Source of the DNA: Eledone cirrhosa
Lineage: Eukaryota
Reading direction: 5' to 3'
NCBI GenBank assembly: GCA_964016885.1
Contig: OZ024740.1
Coordinates: 68,200,001-68,264,000 of the forward strand
DNA: 64,000 nucleotides
Shown: positions 13,443 through 28,000 of the stretch, one piece after another
Layout: every line of letters begins with the position of its first letter
How positions within the stretch are numbered: the stretch's first letter is position 1
Position numbers and translations under genes: made by a program
The notes under the pieces: generated by a model
The model's input: only the letters and a program-made list of their open reading frames with translations
Told to the model about the DNA's origin: nothing
Databases searched by the model: none

Positions 13443-14046
13443 GTGTATATATATATATATACGTATGTGTATATATATATATATATATATACACATACAT
13501 GCACACATACATACGTACATACATACGCTAATGATTGCATACATGCATACATCTATATATATATGATGCATATATATAAACATTATGAAATAGAGAAGGG
13601 TACGATGGGGTGAGGGACGGATGTTATATAAACATAATTATAATGTAGAAGACCAATATGGCTTCAAGAAACAACAATAAATATTAAATCCACTGACAGC
13701 ATCCTCGTGTGATATCATCATATATGACACCTAATATTAAATTTGTAATTGTAAGGAATCTAGAAAGGGACAACGGATGCTGACTTTGAGAGATTTGTAA
13801 AAAGGAGCCCAGCTAATTATGATTATATTATAATTGAAGCGTATGATGCATGGAATAATAACTGTAGTAGTGTTACTGTGTAATGCAGATGCTTACCTCT
13901 AATAGAATATTTCCTTGACATGTTAGAATAATCCCCACCCCATTCCCTTGTGCCCTTCATATTTTTCTTTAATAACATTCTACATACTGTGCAGCGCTTC
14001 GATTGATTTATTTGCATTACATGTGCAAATGAAAGCTTAGTATGCA

Positions 14047-14077
<31 letters not shown>

Positions 14078-14506
14078 CATTTTGTAAAATGTTACCAATA
14101 GAGTCGGTCTCTATCATAGACACAATATTCGTTCATTGAAATTTAGATAACATTAACTATGTAAATATGTATGTCTGCCTGTATACGTGTGTCTGTTTGT
14201 GTATGTGTGTGTTTGTGTTTGTGTGTGTGCGCGTGCGTGTGTGTGTATGCGTGTGTGTGTTTGCATGTGTGTGTGTGTTTGTGTGTGTGCGCGTGTGTGT
14301 GTGTACGTTCGTACCTATTTATATATATGTATTTATCCATAATTATAAACGCTAGAAATTATTTGACAAACGAAACATACATATATGTAAATGTTATTAT
14401 GTGTTTACCACCTAAAACACACACACACACGCACACACACACACGCACTCACACACACACAAACAGACACCACACACAAACACACACACAAACACACATA
14501 TATATA

Positions 14507-16310
14507 TATACGGACCCCCCAAAACAATGATCAGGTAAGAAAAATGGTCGCACATGCAATAGGGGCTAGTATCAAAAGTACCCTAAAGGGCCACATATTC
14601 AAGTTCAACGAGAAGATCTACACCCAAAATGAGGGAGCAGCCATTGGCGTCAGCATAGCTGGTGACGTTGCCAACCTTTTTATGGGATGGTGGGAAAGGA
14701 GACTTAAAGATCTCCTTAATGAGAGCTCCATAGACCTCATCGTGTACTCTCGTTACGTAGACGATATCAATATAGTTATAAGAACATCCCCACAAGAGAG
14801 CACTCACAAGTTTGAATTAGAACCTAGCACAATAGAAAGCATCTAGCAGATAGCTAATTCCATACACCAGAGTATAACTGTAACTATCGACTACCCTTCC
14901 AAACACCCTAACAATTGACTACCTGTATTAGACACGGAACTCTGGATTAACACTATAGACAAGAGAGCCCAAATTCTCCACTCACATTATGCTAAACCCA
15001 TGGCCTCCACATACCTGATACTCAAAAACTCAGAGATGTCGAGTAGTGATACGTTTAATATTCTGATCGCAGACTTGGTACGAGTGATGAAGAGTGTGTC
15101 CCGCATGTGCGACCCAACAGAAATGGAAAGACACATCCAACACTTCATCAACCGCATGCAGTTTTCTGGCCACAACCAAAGAGACAGAATCAGAGTATAC
15201 GAAGGAGCCGCTGAGAAGTATAAGACCCTCATAGAACTGGACATGAAAGGAATTTTCCCATTATACAGGAGCAAATCATGGAATAGCTTAGATAGGGCTA
15301 GACATAAGATAGGGAAAGCCACCTCATGGTACGACAACCAGAGATACCAGAGTGTCATGTTTGTGGACGCTACCCATGGAGGGAAATTAGCTAACCAGTG
15401 TGGAAAGGCCCTGAGAAACACCCACTTAAAGATTAAGGTGCTAGAAAAGCCAGGAACCACCATAACATCCCAGATCAGCAAAACCTACCCTTTTAAGAAA
15501 ACCCACTATAATAATAGGAAATGTATCATATGTAAGGTAAACCCTCGGATAAACTGTAAAACTAGAAATGTAGTCTATAGCATGAGATGTACAAAGGGTA
15601 CTTGCAGAAACATGACAACAACATACATAGGCGAGACAGCTCGTAGCATATGTGAAAGGATAGACCAACACGGGGGAGGGAACTAAAAGGACGAAAAAAC
15701 GGTTCAGTACTATGCGAACATGCCAGAAAACAACACGACGGTAACATAGACAACATAGAAATTAGAATAATATCTAAACATAGAAAGTACCCAGCAGATT
15801 GGCAAATCAGAGAGACCAGTGAAATAGAACTTAGAAGGCCAAGGCTAAACAGAAAAAATGAATGGAATAACAATAACACCCAAACAAACAACACTGACCT
15901 AAGAGAAGTATCAATAAATAATTAAATAGATAAATAAATAAATATATAGACAGACTAAATAAAAATGGCGTAGACATACAATGTAACGGGAGGAAACAAT
16001 AGCACCACTGACGATGTTGCAGATGTGCAAAGAAAGAACTTTGATAAACTATATATATATGTTTGTGTCTATATTGTATCTGTATATTTGACCGTTGGTC
16101 AGCCAATGGCAACATTGTGGACCGAATAAATTAAATTAACTGATATAAAAGACACAGAAGCGAAAAGCAAAAAAAACCCAACCAAACAGTGAGTGTGTTC
16201 TGTTATTAATTCTGGCAATATTACACAAATATGACCCTCCCCAAGTATAACAATATTTGTTTCGACACACGATTTCATATAGAAAACCTCGCAAAACTGA
16301 TTCATTGCAG

Positions 16311-16313
<3 letters not shown>
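14507..16313 (+). mobile_element. 5'-truncated Penelope-like element (RT C-half, GIY-YIG endonuclease, pLTR), copy 1
   Basis: QNEGAAIG..ANLFM, RYVDD, and CKTRNVVY..C..YIGET.R. Highly similar to 19457-21430. Inserted in (TA)n. Confidence 0.92.
16003..16045 (+). ncRNA. Hammerhead motif in pLTR
   Basis: cacca-CTGACGA-tGTTGCA gatg TGCAAa-GAAA-gaac-TT-tg. Homologues at 21127-21169(+) and 16569-16610(-), each with a core mutation. Confidence 0.65.
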
Positions 16314-16367
<54 letters not shown>

Positions 16368-16373
16368 AATATA

Positions 16374-19300
16374 TGGGGAGGGTCACATTTGTGTAATATT
16401 GCTGAAATTAAGAACAGAACACACTCAATGTTTGGTTGGTTTTCGCTTTTCGCTTCTGTGTCTTTTATATCAGTTAATTTGATTTATTCGGTCCTCAATG
16501 TTGCCATTGACTGACCAACGGTCAAAAATACAGATACAATATAGACACAAACACATATATAAAATTTTTCAAAGTGCTTTCGTTGCACATCTGCAACCAC
16601 GTCAGTGGTGCTATTGTTTCCTCCCGTTGTATTGTATTTTCTACACCAGCTTTATTTAGTCTGTTTCTATATTTATTTATTTGTTTATTTTTTTGTCTTC
16701 TTTGCGCACGCGTTTGCGTGTGTGTATAGTGTTTTGTCTGATGTGTGTTCGTGATTGGGTGACTGTGTATTGGTTAATGTATTCTATCTTTACTAGTGTG
16801 TGTTTATATGTGTGTGTTGTTATTGTGCTTGTGTATGTATTTATTTATTTATCTATTTATTTATTCATTTATACTTCTCTTAGGTCAGTGTTGTTTGTTT
16901 GGGTGTTGTTGTTATTCCATTCATTTTTTCTGTTTAGCCTTGGCCTTCTAAGTTCTATTTCACTGGCCTCTCTTATTTTCCTATCTGCTGGGTAATTTCT
17001 ATGTTTAGATATTATTCTAATTTCTATGCTGCTTATGTTACCGTCGTGTTGTTGTCTGGCATGTTCGTATAGTACTGAACCGTTTTTTCGTCGTCTTAGT
17101 TCCCACCAGTGTTGGTCTATCCTTTAACCTATGCTACGAGTTTCATATCAAAAAGCTCGCAAAACTAATTCATCGCCGTTATGGCGTTAGCTTGTTTCAA
17201 GCTAAAAGGTTATTGAAAGACACTATTTTCTGTTATATAAAAACTACAATAACCACAGAACAAATCCACTTCTTAAAACACTGTGTTTCCTCCAAAATAT
17301 ACACATGACTGAAACAGGTAAAAGAGTAACAAACATATCAACACTAGTAAATAATTTATTATTGAACAAAACACAAGCTGAAGGACTAAAACTCACAATA
17401 ACAGTTAATATGAAAAGAACAACATACACAAAAGTCAACGAGCTTTAGAGACAGAAATGCATTAACGGTAAGGAAGTCCGAAATCTCACCACACCAAATG
17501 AAAGGGATGACTTCATGAGCGTCATCCGGCGTGAAACGAAATACGCCCGAAAGGAATGCAATAGGCATTTCAATAAGAAATTAGAATGGATGAATAAGAA
17601 AAAACTAGAAGAAAGAAAAATAGAATATTCTCAAAAATACCCAGATGACATCAACAATATCCCTATGACTGATGTAAAACTACCGGAAGAATTTACCAAT
17701 GACCACACAGTAAATATTTATGGGAACACTTTAATCAGTTAACAAGAACAACAAATCCTGCAGCTACCACCAAAATTTGCTACCTACAAAAAGGTTAACC
17801 CTATTGAGTGCAAAACGGAGCTGCAAAAGTGTTTCACAAAAATACGTTGGAATGCAAAAGTATACAACAAAAAAAACTATACGGACAACAACAACAATAA
17901 TAACGGTAGTAGTAATATAAACAATAACTATGTGTATAGAAATAACAGCTATAATAGTAATAGTCATAACAATAACAATAGCAGGAGAGTGAGAAATAGT
18001 AATAATAGTAATAATATTAACGATATACAGAACAACAACAACAACCACAATAATAATAATAATAATAATAGAAACATTAACTACAGACACAGCAGCAGCG
18101 ACCACAGTAGTAATAACGGTAAGAATACGAATAACAACAACAACAACCACAGTGGTAATAATAGAAATAATACATGTAGCAACATTAATAATAGACACAA
18201 CAAAAACAAGAAACATAATAAAAGTAACAAACACAATGGTAGAAATAACAGTAACAGCAACAATAACGGTGAAGTAAACAACAATCACAGCAACAATACA
18301 TCTAGCAATCATAACAACAATACATCTAACAATCACAGCAACAATACATCTAGCAATCATAACAATAATAATAATGCTAATGATAGGAACAACAATAACC
18401 ACCATAATAACAATAATAGCAACACACACAACTATGACGATAGATATAATGACAACCCCTTTCAGAAACTATTCTTCAACCCGGCTGACAAAACATATAA
18501 GATGGGTAATATCTATCCTACGAGGTTACCCTTTAATAAAAGAGTTTGCATACCACAACAAATTGATGACAAGACAGAGGCACAGTTCACCATAGCTAGA
18601 AATAAAATTAGACAAATAGTAGACCGGTTTACTAAGAGACAGAGCAGACAAGAGGTACAACAACTTGGGAGGAAACCTGTAGAAGGATTGGTTAACCTCA
18701 AGCAGCGCAGAAGGGATGGTGAAGTAGTATGTCTACCCACGGATAAGTCTGGTAGGATGTCAATAGACAGCATGCCGAACTACATCAAGGCTATGCAACC
18801 CGACATCACCAACACGATCGAAATTACACAGCAAATACATGATGGGAGAGAGAAAATCCTCAACGCTCACACGATGATGTGGACCGACATCCTAAAGCCA
18901 AGCAGACGCACTGCCAACAACTTCCAGGCGTCTAACAATGGCATACCACCCTTGTATGGGCTCCGCAAAGACCACAAGACAGTCGAGGACCCGACAACAC
19001 GACCACCAACAAGACCCGTATGCGGAGCAAATATAGCTAGCAACTACCGGATTTCCTACTTCCTCTCAATGGTTATACGCCCCATAATCAAGATGTCCCC
19101 AGATGTATGTGACAGTTACAGAGGACCTCCTCAGCAGAATCAGTGAGTGCAATAAAAATAGGAACCTATCCAACTGCATAACAGGCAGCATGGATGTGGT
19201 ATCACTGTACCCATCCATTAACATTGATTTTGCTGTGGAAAAATGTGTGGAGATGATCAGTGAGAGTGAGGTGGAGTTCTGCGACGCCGACAAGGACGTA

Positions 19301-21427
19301 CTGGGCCTCCTACTTAGACTTAACTACGATACTGACTACCTAGACAGCCATGACCCTAGACGTTTCTGCCCCAGTAGACCCATAAGAGGTAGATCCCACC
19401 ATTACTTCAATGGCTAAAAAGATTCCCATGGGAAGGTGGATTGGGTGGACCAAAGCTATACGGACCCCGCAAAACAATGATCAGGTAAGAAAAGTGGTCG
19501 CACATGCAATAGGGGCTAGTATCAAACTACCCTAAAGGGCCACATATTCAAGTTCAACGAAAAGATCTACACCCAAAACGAGGGAGCAGCCATTGGCGTC
19601 AGCATCGCTGGTGACGTTGCCAAACTTTTTATGGTATGGTGGGCAAGGAGACTTAAAGATCTCCTTAATGAGAGCTCCATAGACCTCATCATGTACTCTC
19701 ATTACGTAGACTATTTCAATACAGTTATAAGAACATCCACACAGGAGAGCACTAACAAGTTTGATTTAAAACGTAGCAAAATAGAAAGCATCTAGCAGAT
19801 AGCTAATTCCATACACCAGAGTATAACTGTAATTATCGACTACCCTTCCAAACACCCTAACAATTGACTACCTGTATTAGACACGGAACTCTGGATTAAC
19901 ACTATAGACAAGCGAACCCAAATTCTCCACTCACACTATGCTAAACCCATGGCCTCCAAATACCTGATAATCAAAAGCTCAGCGATGACCAGTAGTGCTA
20001 AGTTTAATATTCTGATCGCAGACATGGTACGAGTGATGAAGAGTGTGTTCCGCATGTGCGACCAAACAGAAATGGAAAGACACATCCAACACTTCATCAA
20101 CCGCATGCAGTTCTCTGGCCACAACCAAAGAGACAGAATCAGAATATACGAAGGAGCCACTGAGAAGTATAAGACCCTCATAGAACTGGACATGAAAGGA
20201 ATTTTCCCATTATACAGGAGCAAATCATGGAATAGCTTAGATAGGGCTAGACATAAGATAGGGAAAGCCACCTCATGGTACGACAACCAGAGATACCAGA
20301 GTGTCATGTTTGTGGACGCTACCCATGGAGGGAAATTAGCTAACCAGTGTGGAAAGGCCCTGAGAAAGGCCCACTTAAAGATTAAGGTGCTAGAAAAGCC
20401 AGGAACCACCATAACATCCCTGATCAGCAAAACCTACCCTTTTAAGAAAAACCACTGTACTAAGAGGAAATGTATCATATGTAAGGTAAACCCCCGGATA
20501 AACTGTAAAACTAGAAATGTAGTCTATAGTATAAGATGTAAAAAGGGTAATTGCAGAAACATGACAAAAACATACATAGGCGAGACAGCTCGTACAATAT
20601 GTGAAAGGATAGACCAATACGGGGGGGGGGGAACTAAAAGCACGAAAAAATGGTTCAGTACTATGCGAACATGCCAGACAACAACACGACGGTAACATAG
20701 ACAACCTAGAAATTAGAATAATATCTAAACATAGAAATTACCCAGCAGATAGGCAAATCAGTGAGGCCAGTGAAATAGAACTTAGAAGGCCAAGGCTAAA
20801 CAGAAAAAAAATGAATGGAATAACAACAACACCCAAACAAACAACACTGACCTAAGAGAAGTATAAATAAATAAATAAATAGATAAATAAATAAATAAAT
20901 ACATACACAACCACAATAACAACAAAACAATATAAACACACACTAGTAAAATAGAATACATTAACCAATAGACAGTCACCCAATCATGAACACACATCAA
21001 ACAAAACACTATACACACACGCAAACGCATGCGCAAAGAAGACAGAAAATAAACAAATAAATAAATATATAAACAGACTAAATAAAGATGGCGTAGAAAA
21101 TACAATGCAACGGGAGGAAACAATAGCACCACTGACGCTGTAGCAGATGTGCAACGAAAGAACTTTGATAAACTATATATATATGTGTTTGTGTCTATAT
21201 TGTATCTGTATTTTTGACCGTTGGTCAGTCAATGGCAACATTGTGGACCGAATAAATTAAATTAACTGATATAAAAACACAGAAGCGAAAAGCGAAAACC
21301 AACCAAACAGTGAGTGTATTATATTATTAATTCTGGCAATATTACACATATATGACCCTCCCCAATTATAACAATACTTGTTTCGACACGATTTCATCAA
21401 AAAACCCGCAAAACTAATTCATCGCCG

Positions 21428-21430
<3 letters not shown>
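16374..21430 (+). mobile_element. Near-full-length Penelope-like element with 5' inverted pLTR, copy 2
   Basis: 16374-17140 is an inverted copy of about 20590-21365. ORF region 17141-20900, 3' pLTR to 21430, (TA)n on both sides. Confidence 0.93.
17141..20900 (+). pseudogene. PLE polyprotein (N-terminal domain with Asn-rich insert, RT, Cys-rich linker, GIY-YIG); disrupted
   Basis: LPTDKSG, PPLYGLRKDHK, TRPVC, SMDVVSLYPSI and VVY..YIGET motifs. Several stops and frameshifts. Confidence 0.9.
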
Positions 21431-21522
<92 letters not shown>

Positions 21523-22924
21523 TATATTCATAATATTGCATTATATTATACTCTCTTATTGTATCTGTATTCATGAACATGGGAGAAAATAAGAATTATG
21601 TAAATTATTGCACGTATCGATATAGTATGTTCTTCAATGTGTTCTGACAGTTACGAAGAGTAAATCTGTTTTTGTCTCACTTTCATTGCTATTACTAGTA
21701 AAATAGTATTTTTTCTTAGGTTGTTATATTGCAAAATTAAAAGGATTACTACAGAAATAAACCTTTATCTCTTGAAGGAGTTCTTTACACATCGGTTTTC
21801 AAACCATCCAGGTATTATGAATTCTACATTTTACTCTCCTTGGGAGGATGAAATTGACCTAGTGTCACACAAGTACTAGTTCAATGTAAGCGATTATAGC
21901 TCACTCAAAAATTGTTTCTGTCGTGCAAATTATAAAAATTAACTTTTCTTGTTAATCTTTGTATATAATTTTGTATAAGTTTGGCTTTGTCTTTAAAAGT
22001 AATAGTAAAGAAGACCAAATATTAAATCAAACTCTGCAATAAATGAGGTACCGTATTTGAAAAGAACAAAACATTGTACTAGGTTGGTATGATTGATTAC
22101 TTCTCATCCTTAGAAGTCTTTTTCTTATAGTGTCCACGTCCTTAAAAGTATTTTTAACCGACTTCAAAGGCATTCGGCTGTTTAACAGTTATTTCTCACG
22201 TTTCAGTTTCCCATATTTTTGTGAACTATATACATATATATATATACATATATATAATATAGTTATATTGCTATAAGATAATTTCAACTCAAAAATAGCA
22301 AGAACAGGAAATACTCACATAGATCTTGTTATAGGTATTTTATTATCTGACAAAAAAAACTTATATTCAAATAGAACATTAAAGTATTACTTACTTTAGC
22401 TTTTATATTCCTCATCGCTTCAGGCAAACTACAACACACATTCACACAATCTCTCTCTCTATCCCTCATATATATATATATATATATATTCAGCGAGAAT
22501 CGTATTTCGGAAGGCTTGAAAACAGGCGAAACGCAATATCCGAATATACATATATAAACCAGTGTGTACGCACCAACAATATAAGACTTTATGCCAGACA
22601 CGGTTTAACACACACACAGACTGAAGCAATGCACACCTCCCAATTCCATCCCTTTGGCACACACAAGTACACTCATGACAATCCTGTAAACACTTCTTCA
22701 GAACACACCATCAAAGTCGAACATTTCGCGTACCACCTATAAACTATCAGTCTCATCCAAGAACCCTTTCTCTAACCTGCTTTCACACACTACTTTAGTA
22801 CATCTACCTGTTCACCCCTAATCCAAACTTTCGGGATTAAAGACTTCTATTCCAAATGTCGAACCAGTCTCCACATCCTTCCTGCATGTTTAATAACTGT
22901 GTAGTTATTAAACATATATATATT

Positions 22925-22971
<47 letters not shown>

Positions 22972-22974
22972 AAA

Positions 22975-23326
22975 ATACTTGAGTGCATTAGAGTGCATTA
23001 TATCTTATTTCTCGCATTATATTACTATGTTGTATTTCAAGTATTAGACTTATATTGTACTTTTAACGTGGGTTTGTTTAATGTTTGCTTGTTCTCTGCC
23101 CTATAGTTTTTATTTACAAATGCACCCGATTAGTTTTAACATGTCTTTACAGGATAATTCTCCTAAATTTTCCTAAATATCCATTCGCTATTCTTCTGAA
23201 TTTTGGCTTGTTCTAGCCGATGATATTTCTTGTCTTTTTCCTTGCTCTGATGAGTCCTAATTAATGGGACAAAACATTGTCAGTAAATAAAGATTTTTAA
23301 TGTATTAAAGGCTTCTTTGATAATTT

Positions 23327-23330
<4 letters not shown>
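22975..23330 (+). repeat. Family H1 pLTR-like repeat with HHR motif at 23242-23286
   Basis: ttgct-CTGATGA-GTCC..GGAC-aAAA-CATTG-TC-agtaa (G12 mutated to A). Similar to 600-940. Confidence 0.65.
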
Positions 23331-23370
<40 letters not shown>

Positions 23371-24642
23371 GTGTTTGTGTGTGTGTGTGCGTTTATGTAT
23401 GTGTGTGTGTATGTATGGGTGTGTATGTGTGTGTGTGTAAATAAATATAAGGAAATAAAAAATAACAATTAGATAAAGAAAATTTATAAAATATTTAACA
23501 TCTTTTTACATAAAAATTATTTAGTCAATATACAATATTTCTGAATGTAATGAAAATGCGAATACTTATGTATTTATATATTTATCATTGTATATTAACG
23601 TATATTACTATATGTGTGTGTGTCACTTTTAACTACGCGTTTTGTAATGCTATTTACAATTTGTTGTACACCATATCCGAACACAGAAGAGCCGAACACC
23701 CAGTATCATCTCCTCATCACACTCGCCCTCTCACCTTTATGAACAAATGGGATCCCACGAGTTGGCCGTCCATACAGTATGGAGGAGGTGTTTCCCCGGA
23801 GGATGGTAAGGGAGGAGAATATTTGTGCGGTATGTATTACAAACAGAGCAAACTATTAAATGAAACAGAAAGGGAGAAAAAAAAAACTGAAAAAAAGAAA
23901 AGGAAAAGGAGAAAAAGAAAGAAGGATCTAGCAACAAAAGAAAGAAAGAAGGGAATGGACAGTTACTATAACCCTGTCTCAGCAACACTTCAGCCATACC
24001 TCTCGGACGAAACGGCAAAAGCGTTCCGGCGTAAAATAATGATGGGGTTAGAAAAAAATTGATTAAATCAACTAAGTACTTGACTGGTACTTTATTGTAA
24101 CTTTCATCACGGCTGGATTTGACTTCTTAAAATAATATAAACTAGTCGTGTCAACTGGTCAGTTGGGGACTGTCTTGAGAAATTAGATCAGTGATCCTTT
24201 AACAAAGCACTTGTAAAACTGTTGGGGCTCCACATAAAATAAGGAAATTGGGGATCCAAAATTAGGAGTCCAGGAAAATAATTTCCTTTTAAAACAATTA
24301 TTTAGGCTGTAGAGAAAGAAAACAATAATATCCTCTCCAATTTATATATTCCAGATTATTTGCGGATGTTACATGTAATATTTTTGGGTAAATAATTGCT
24401 AATTAACTGTGTCTGATTAAATTACTGTTTATACCATATGCACCTTTATCACCTGTACAGAAACATACTATTAAATTAAAGAAAGGCTTTAAGTGGTTAA
24501 ACTAGCTTTTCTTCATAATATTATATATATATGTGTGTGTGTGTATATATATATATATGTATATATATATAAATACACACATATATATATATATATATAT
24601 ATAATATATAAGAACAAAAGATGGTTAAAAGAGTTCCATGTA

Positions 24643-24709
24643 TTTTATTATGCGCATTTCAAAAACAAATATCATCATGCAATAATATTTGTGTTTTCAT
24701 CAGATAAAA
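24643..24709 (-). ncRNA. Type I hammerhead ribozyme, intact core
   Basis: TTTTAT-CTGATGA-AAACACAAAT..ATTTGTTTTT-GAAA-TGCGCA-TA-ATAAAA. Palindromic stem III. Confidence 0.8.
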
Positions 24710-24810
24710 CAGGAAGACATGATATGAAGGTTAAAAAAACACTTGTGTATAGTGATTTAAAACTGCACTATCCACAAGTGTTTTTTTAACCTTCATATCA
24801 TATCTTCCTG

Positions 24811-24877
24811 TTTTATCTGATGAAAACACAAATATTATTGTATGATGATATTTGTTTTTGAAATGCGCAAAATAAAA
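24811..24877 (+). ncRNA. Type I hammerhead motif, U16.1 mutated to A
   Basis: Same as the minus copy but reads GAAA-TGCGCA-AA. Confidence 0.65.
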
Positions 24878-25070
24878 TACATGGAACTCTTTTAACCATC
24901 TTTTGTTCTTATATATTATGTATACTCCAGTCCTACAAACTGTAGAGTGCTTCTTATCCGATATCTGCATTGCTTTATTGTACCACAATAAAACTCACCT
25001 CCCACATATATATATATATATATAGTAATAATAATAAATTTGAAGACTAAAATATATATATATATATATA

Positions 25071-28000
25071 ATGGCTGCAAAATCTGCCAAGAGTATTGCA
25101 ATCGCTTGTCAGATTCAGTTGTGGGGCGCTCGGATACGGCTTTTCAAGCCTTCTAGAGACTTGCACTCCGTCACACACTGACGACAACTATGGATCTCCC
25201 TGGCTTGAGGGCCCGTATCAGGTTGCCCGTGAACCCTCATAACACCGTGGAGATCATAGTTCACTGGTTCTCTTTGAACATGGCTGTGAATGTGGCTCCT
25301 GAGAATTGATTTGCTCAAGCAAATGTTTCCACACTCAGAGCACTTCAATTCAATGAGACACCGATCGTTTCGAGAGATACACTAGGGCATTGCTTACGCA
25401 CATCCCATTTGATCTTCTCGTGCTCTATGCGTCTGTCCTCAAAATGATGGACCCCATCATTCACCGTTCCACGCGAAGTTTCTCTTTCAAGAGCCTCTAT
25501 CTCCCCGTCAGCCATCATCAAACCAGGTTTTGTCAATGAGTCATTTACACAAATCGGAGTCCTTTCCTTGACTCAGAGCTTTGGTTTGTGAGGTTGTCTC
25601 TTACCCTCACAAAGCTCGCCATACAAGAGTTGTTTTGGGAATCGGTCATCCTCCATTCTGCAGAGGTGTCCGGTCCATCGCAAACGCGGTTGGGGGATGA
25701 TACTATCACTGCTCCGACACTCACTTCTCTCAAGGACCTCAACATCACTCACATGCATCTGTCACTTGATCCCGAGCATCTTTCTGAGACACTGCTGTTG
25801 AACCGTTCCAGTCTGTGGATATGCCATTTGTAGTTAACCCATGTCTCACATACATACAGCAAAGCTGACAATACATATGCAGCATCAACTCTCACCTGAA
25901 ACCTTGCCTGCACCAAATACGCTTGTTGAGCCTTCCAAACGACTCACTTGCCTTAGTAACACGTAGACCAACTTCTGCATCCAGAGAGCAAGTCACACTC
26001 AGAGTACTCCCCAATTAAACAAACGTGTCAGCAGCCTTCAGCTTTTGATCTTATACGTGTATGGAGGGTTCATTGAAAACTTTATCCGGAGCAGGTTGGT
26101 ACAGTATCTTAATGTTGGCAGTGAGAAGCCTAAGGTTAAACAGCTTGCCGGAAGTGTGATATCTGAGATAGATACCGTGTTGACAATCTTTGAAGGCCAT
26201 GAATAACACCATCGCGAAATACAAGGTAAACAAAGTCGGTGCAGGTATATCACCCTGCTTGACACCATTTTCAACCGAGATTGGCTCAGACAGTTTAGCT
26301 CCAACATTGACCCATGCCTGCATGTCATCGTGAAAGAGTTTCAGAATGTTCACAAACTTTTCAGGACAGCCCAATCTCTCCAAAATAACCCACAATGCCT
26401 TCCGATTAACGGTGTCAAATGCCTTGGTCAGATCGACAAAAACTTTTTATAAATCCATGCGCTGCTCAATGCATTTCTGTTGAAGTTGTTTGGCTGAGAT
26501 GATCATATCAACAGTGCCTCTGCTCTTCCTAAAGCCATATAGGGACTCAGGAAGTACCTCAACAGCAATGTGCTGTATCAATCTGTCTAACAATATCCTG
26601 CACAAGATCTTCCCAGACACAGATAGTAGTGAAATACCTCTGTAGTTGCCAGTCATCTTTGTCTCCCTTTCCTTTGTAAAGTACCACCATCAATGCATTT
26701 TTCCAATCCTGCGGCACATCTTCATTCCAAACATTCACAAAGATATCAGTGAAGCGGTTTAAGAAGTTATCACTAGCAAACTTGAAAATCTCGGCACTCA
26801 GTCCATCCATTCCAGGTGACATGCCGCTGTTTAATTTCGCAATGGCCTTCGCCACCTTATCAAATGAAGGAGGATCAGCCATTGCCAGCTTTGTCGGTCT
26901 GGATGGAATCGACTGGATGAACTCATCATCAATTCATCAATATCTGATGGTCTGTTGAGAAACTCATCAAACTGGTCATGCCACCTCATCAGGATTTCCT
27001 TCGGATATCTGAGCAATTCCCTGCCGTCCCCGGAGCGAAGTGGTGATATTTGAAACCGGTCGGACCATACACCTCCCTGAGCAGAATGTACAGGAGCATT
27101 GTATCATGTATATCTGAGGCCTTCTGGATTTCATCAGCCTTTTGGCTCCACCAGGTATCCTGCATGGCTCTCAATCGATGTTGCACACGTGCTTTGATCT
27201 GCCTGAAGGTCCGGTCACTCCTGTCAGAACGTGTCTCACACAGCAATGATGTCAGCACTTTTTGTTTCTCTTCAATCAAAGTCTGGATCACTGGATCATT
27301 TTCATCGAACTAGTCTTTATGCTTTCTATTGTTATGACCCAACACTCCAGCACCAACATCATAGACGGTTTTCTTCAATGATTCCCAAGTGTTTTCACAT
27401 TCCATGGACTCAATGGACCTCGTCAGCTCAGCTCTGACTGTCTCTGTTTTCAGACGAGCCACGTTTAGTTGTTTTGGAAGTGCAACCTTCTTCCCCCTTA
27501 CTTTGGGCTTCACAACAAATTGAAACTTGGCAAGCACCAGACGATTATCAGTCCAACATTCCGCGCCTCGCAATACATGAACCAATGTGATATCCCTGAT
27601 ATCACGTTTTCCCGTTAAAACCAAGTCAATAAGGTGCCACTTCTTGGAACCTGGATGCATCCAAGTTGTCTCATATTTGTCTTTCTGCTGAAAGAGCGTG
27701 TTCCCAACAAGAACCATCTCAGTGCACATATGCAACATAAGTTGGCCATTGTTATTGCACTTACCTACTCCATGCTTGCCCATCTCACTCCAAGCTTCCC
27801 AGTCATTACCAACACTTGCATTAAAATCACCAAGGATGACAATCGTGTCTGCATAATGTATACCATGGATGACCTCTCTCAAAGACATGTAGAAACTTAG
27901 TTTTTCATCATCACTAGCACATATAGTAGGAGCGTACACACTGACCAGAGCCACAAAGCGGTTTTGAATCAGAGGGATTCTCATGGACATTATCCGATCA

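Larger units (their letters stand above)
24602..25005. mobile_element. Fold-back HHR element (family H2): ~150-bp inverted arms + ~90-bp tail
   Basis: 24602-24755 inverted against 24767-24918. Tail shared with 30810-30900. Confidence 0.85.

Noticed and set aside
14916-14918. Shared in-frame TGA as selenocysteine recoding
   Set aside because: The position is normally basic (CGA to TGA is plausible), a shared TAG lies upstream, and I could not support a SECIS.
16189-16245. Possible retained intron GTGAGT...CCCCAAG in the pLTR
   Set aside because: The putative acceptor lies inside the apparent ORF start (ATG 16231) and is mutated in the 21.3-kb copy. It needs RNA data.
17764-18429. Hydrophobic 221-aa 'membrane' ORF on the minus strand
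   Set aside because: It is the antisense reading of the Asn-rich PLE tract.
22503-22545. TTCGGA..GCTTG aaaa CAGGC-GAAA-CGCAA-TA-TCCGAA
   Set aside because: HHR-like stems, but CUGA is missing; too degenerate to call.
23550-24062. 170-aa ORF with Lys/Arg-rich stretch
   Set aside because: The basic stretch comes from an A/G-rich simple repeat; no recognisable domain or splice support.
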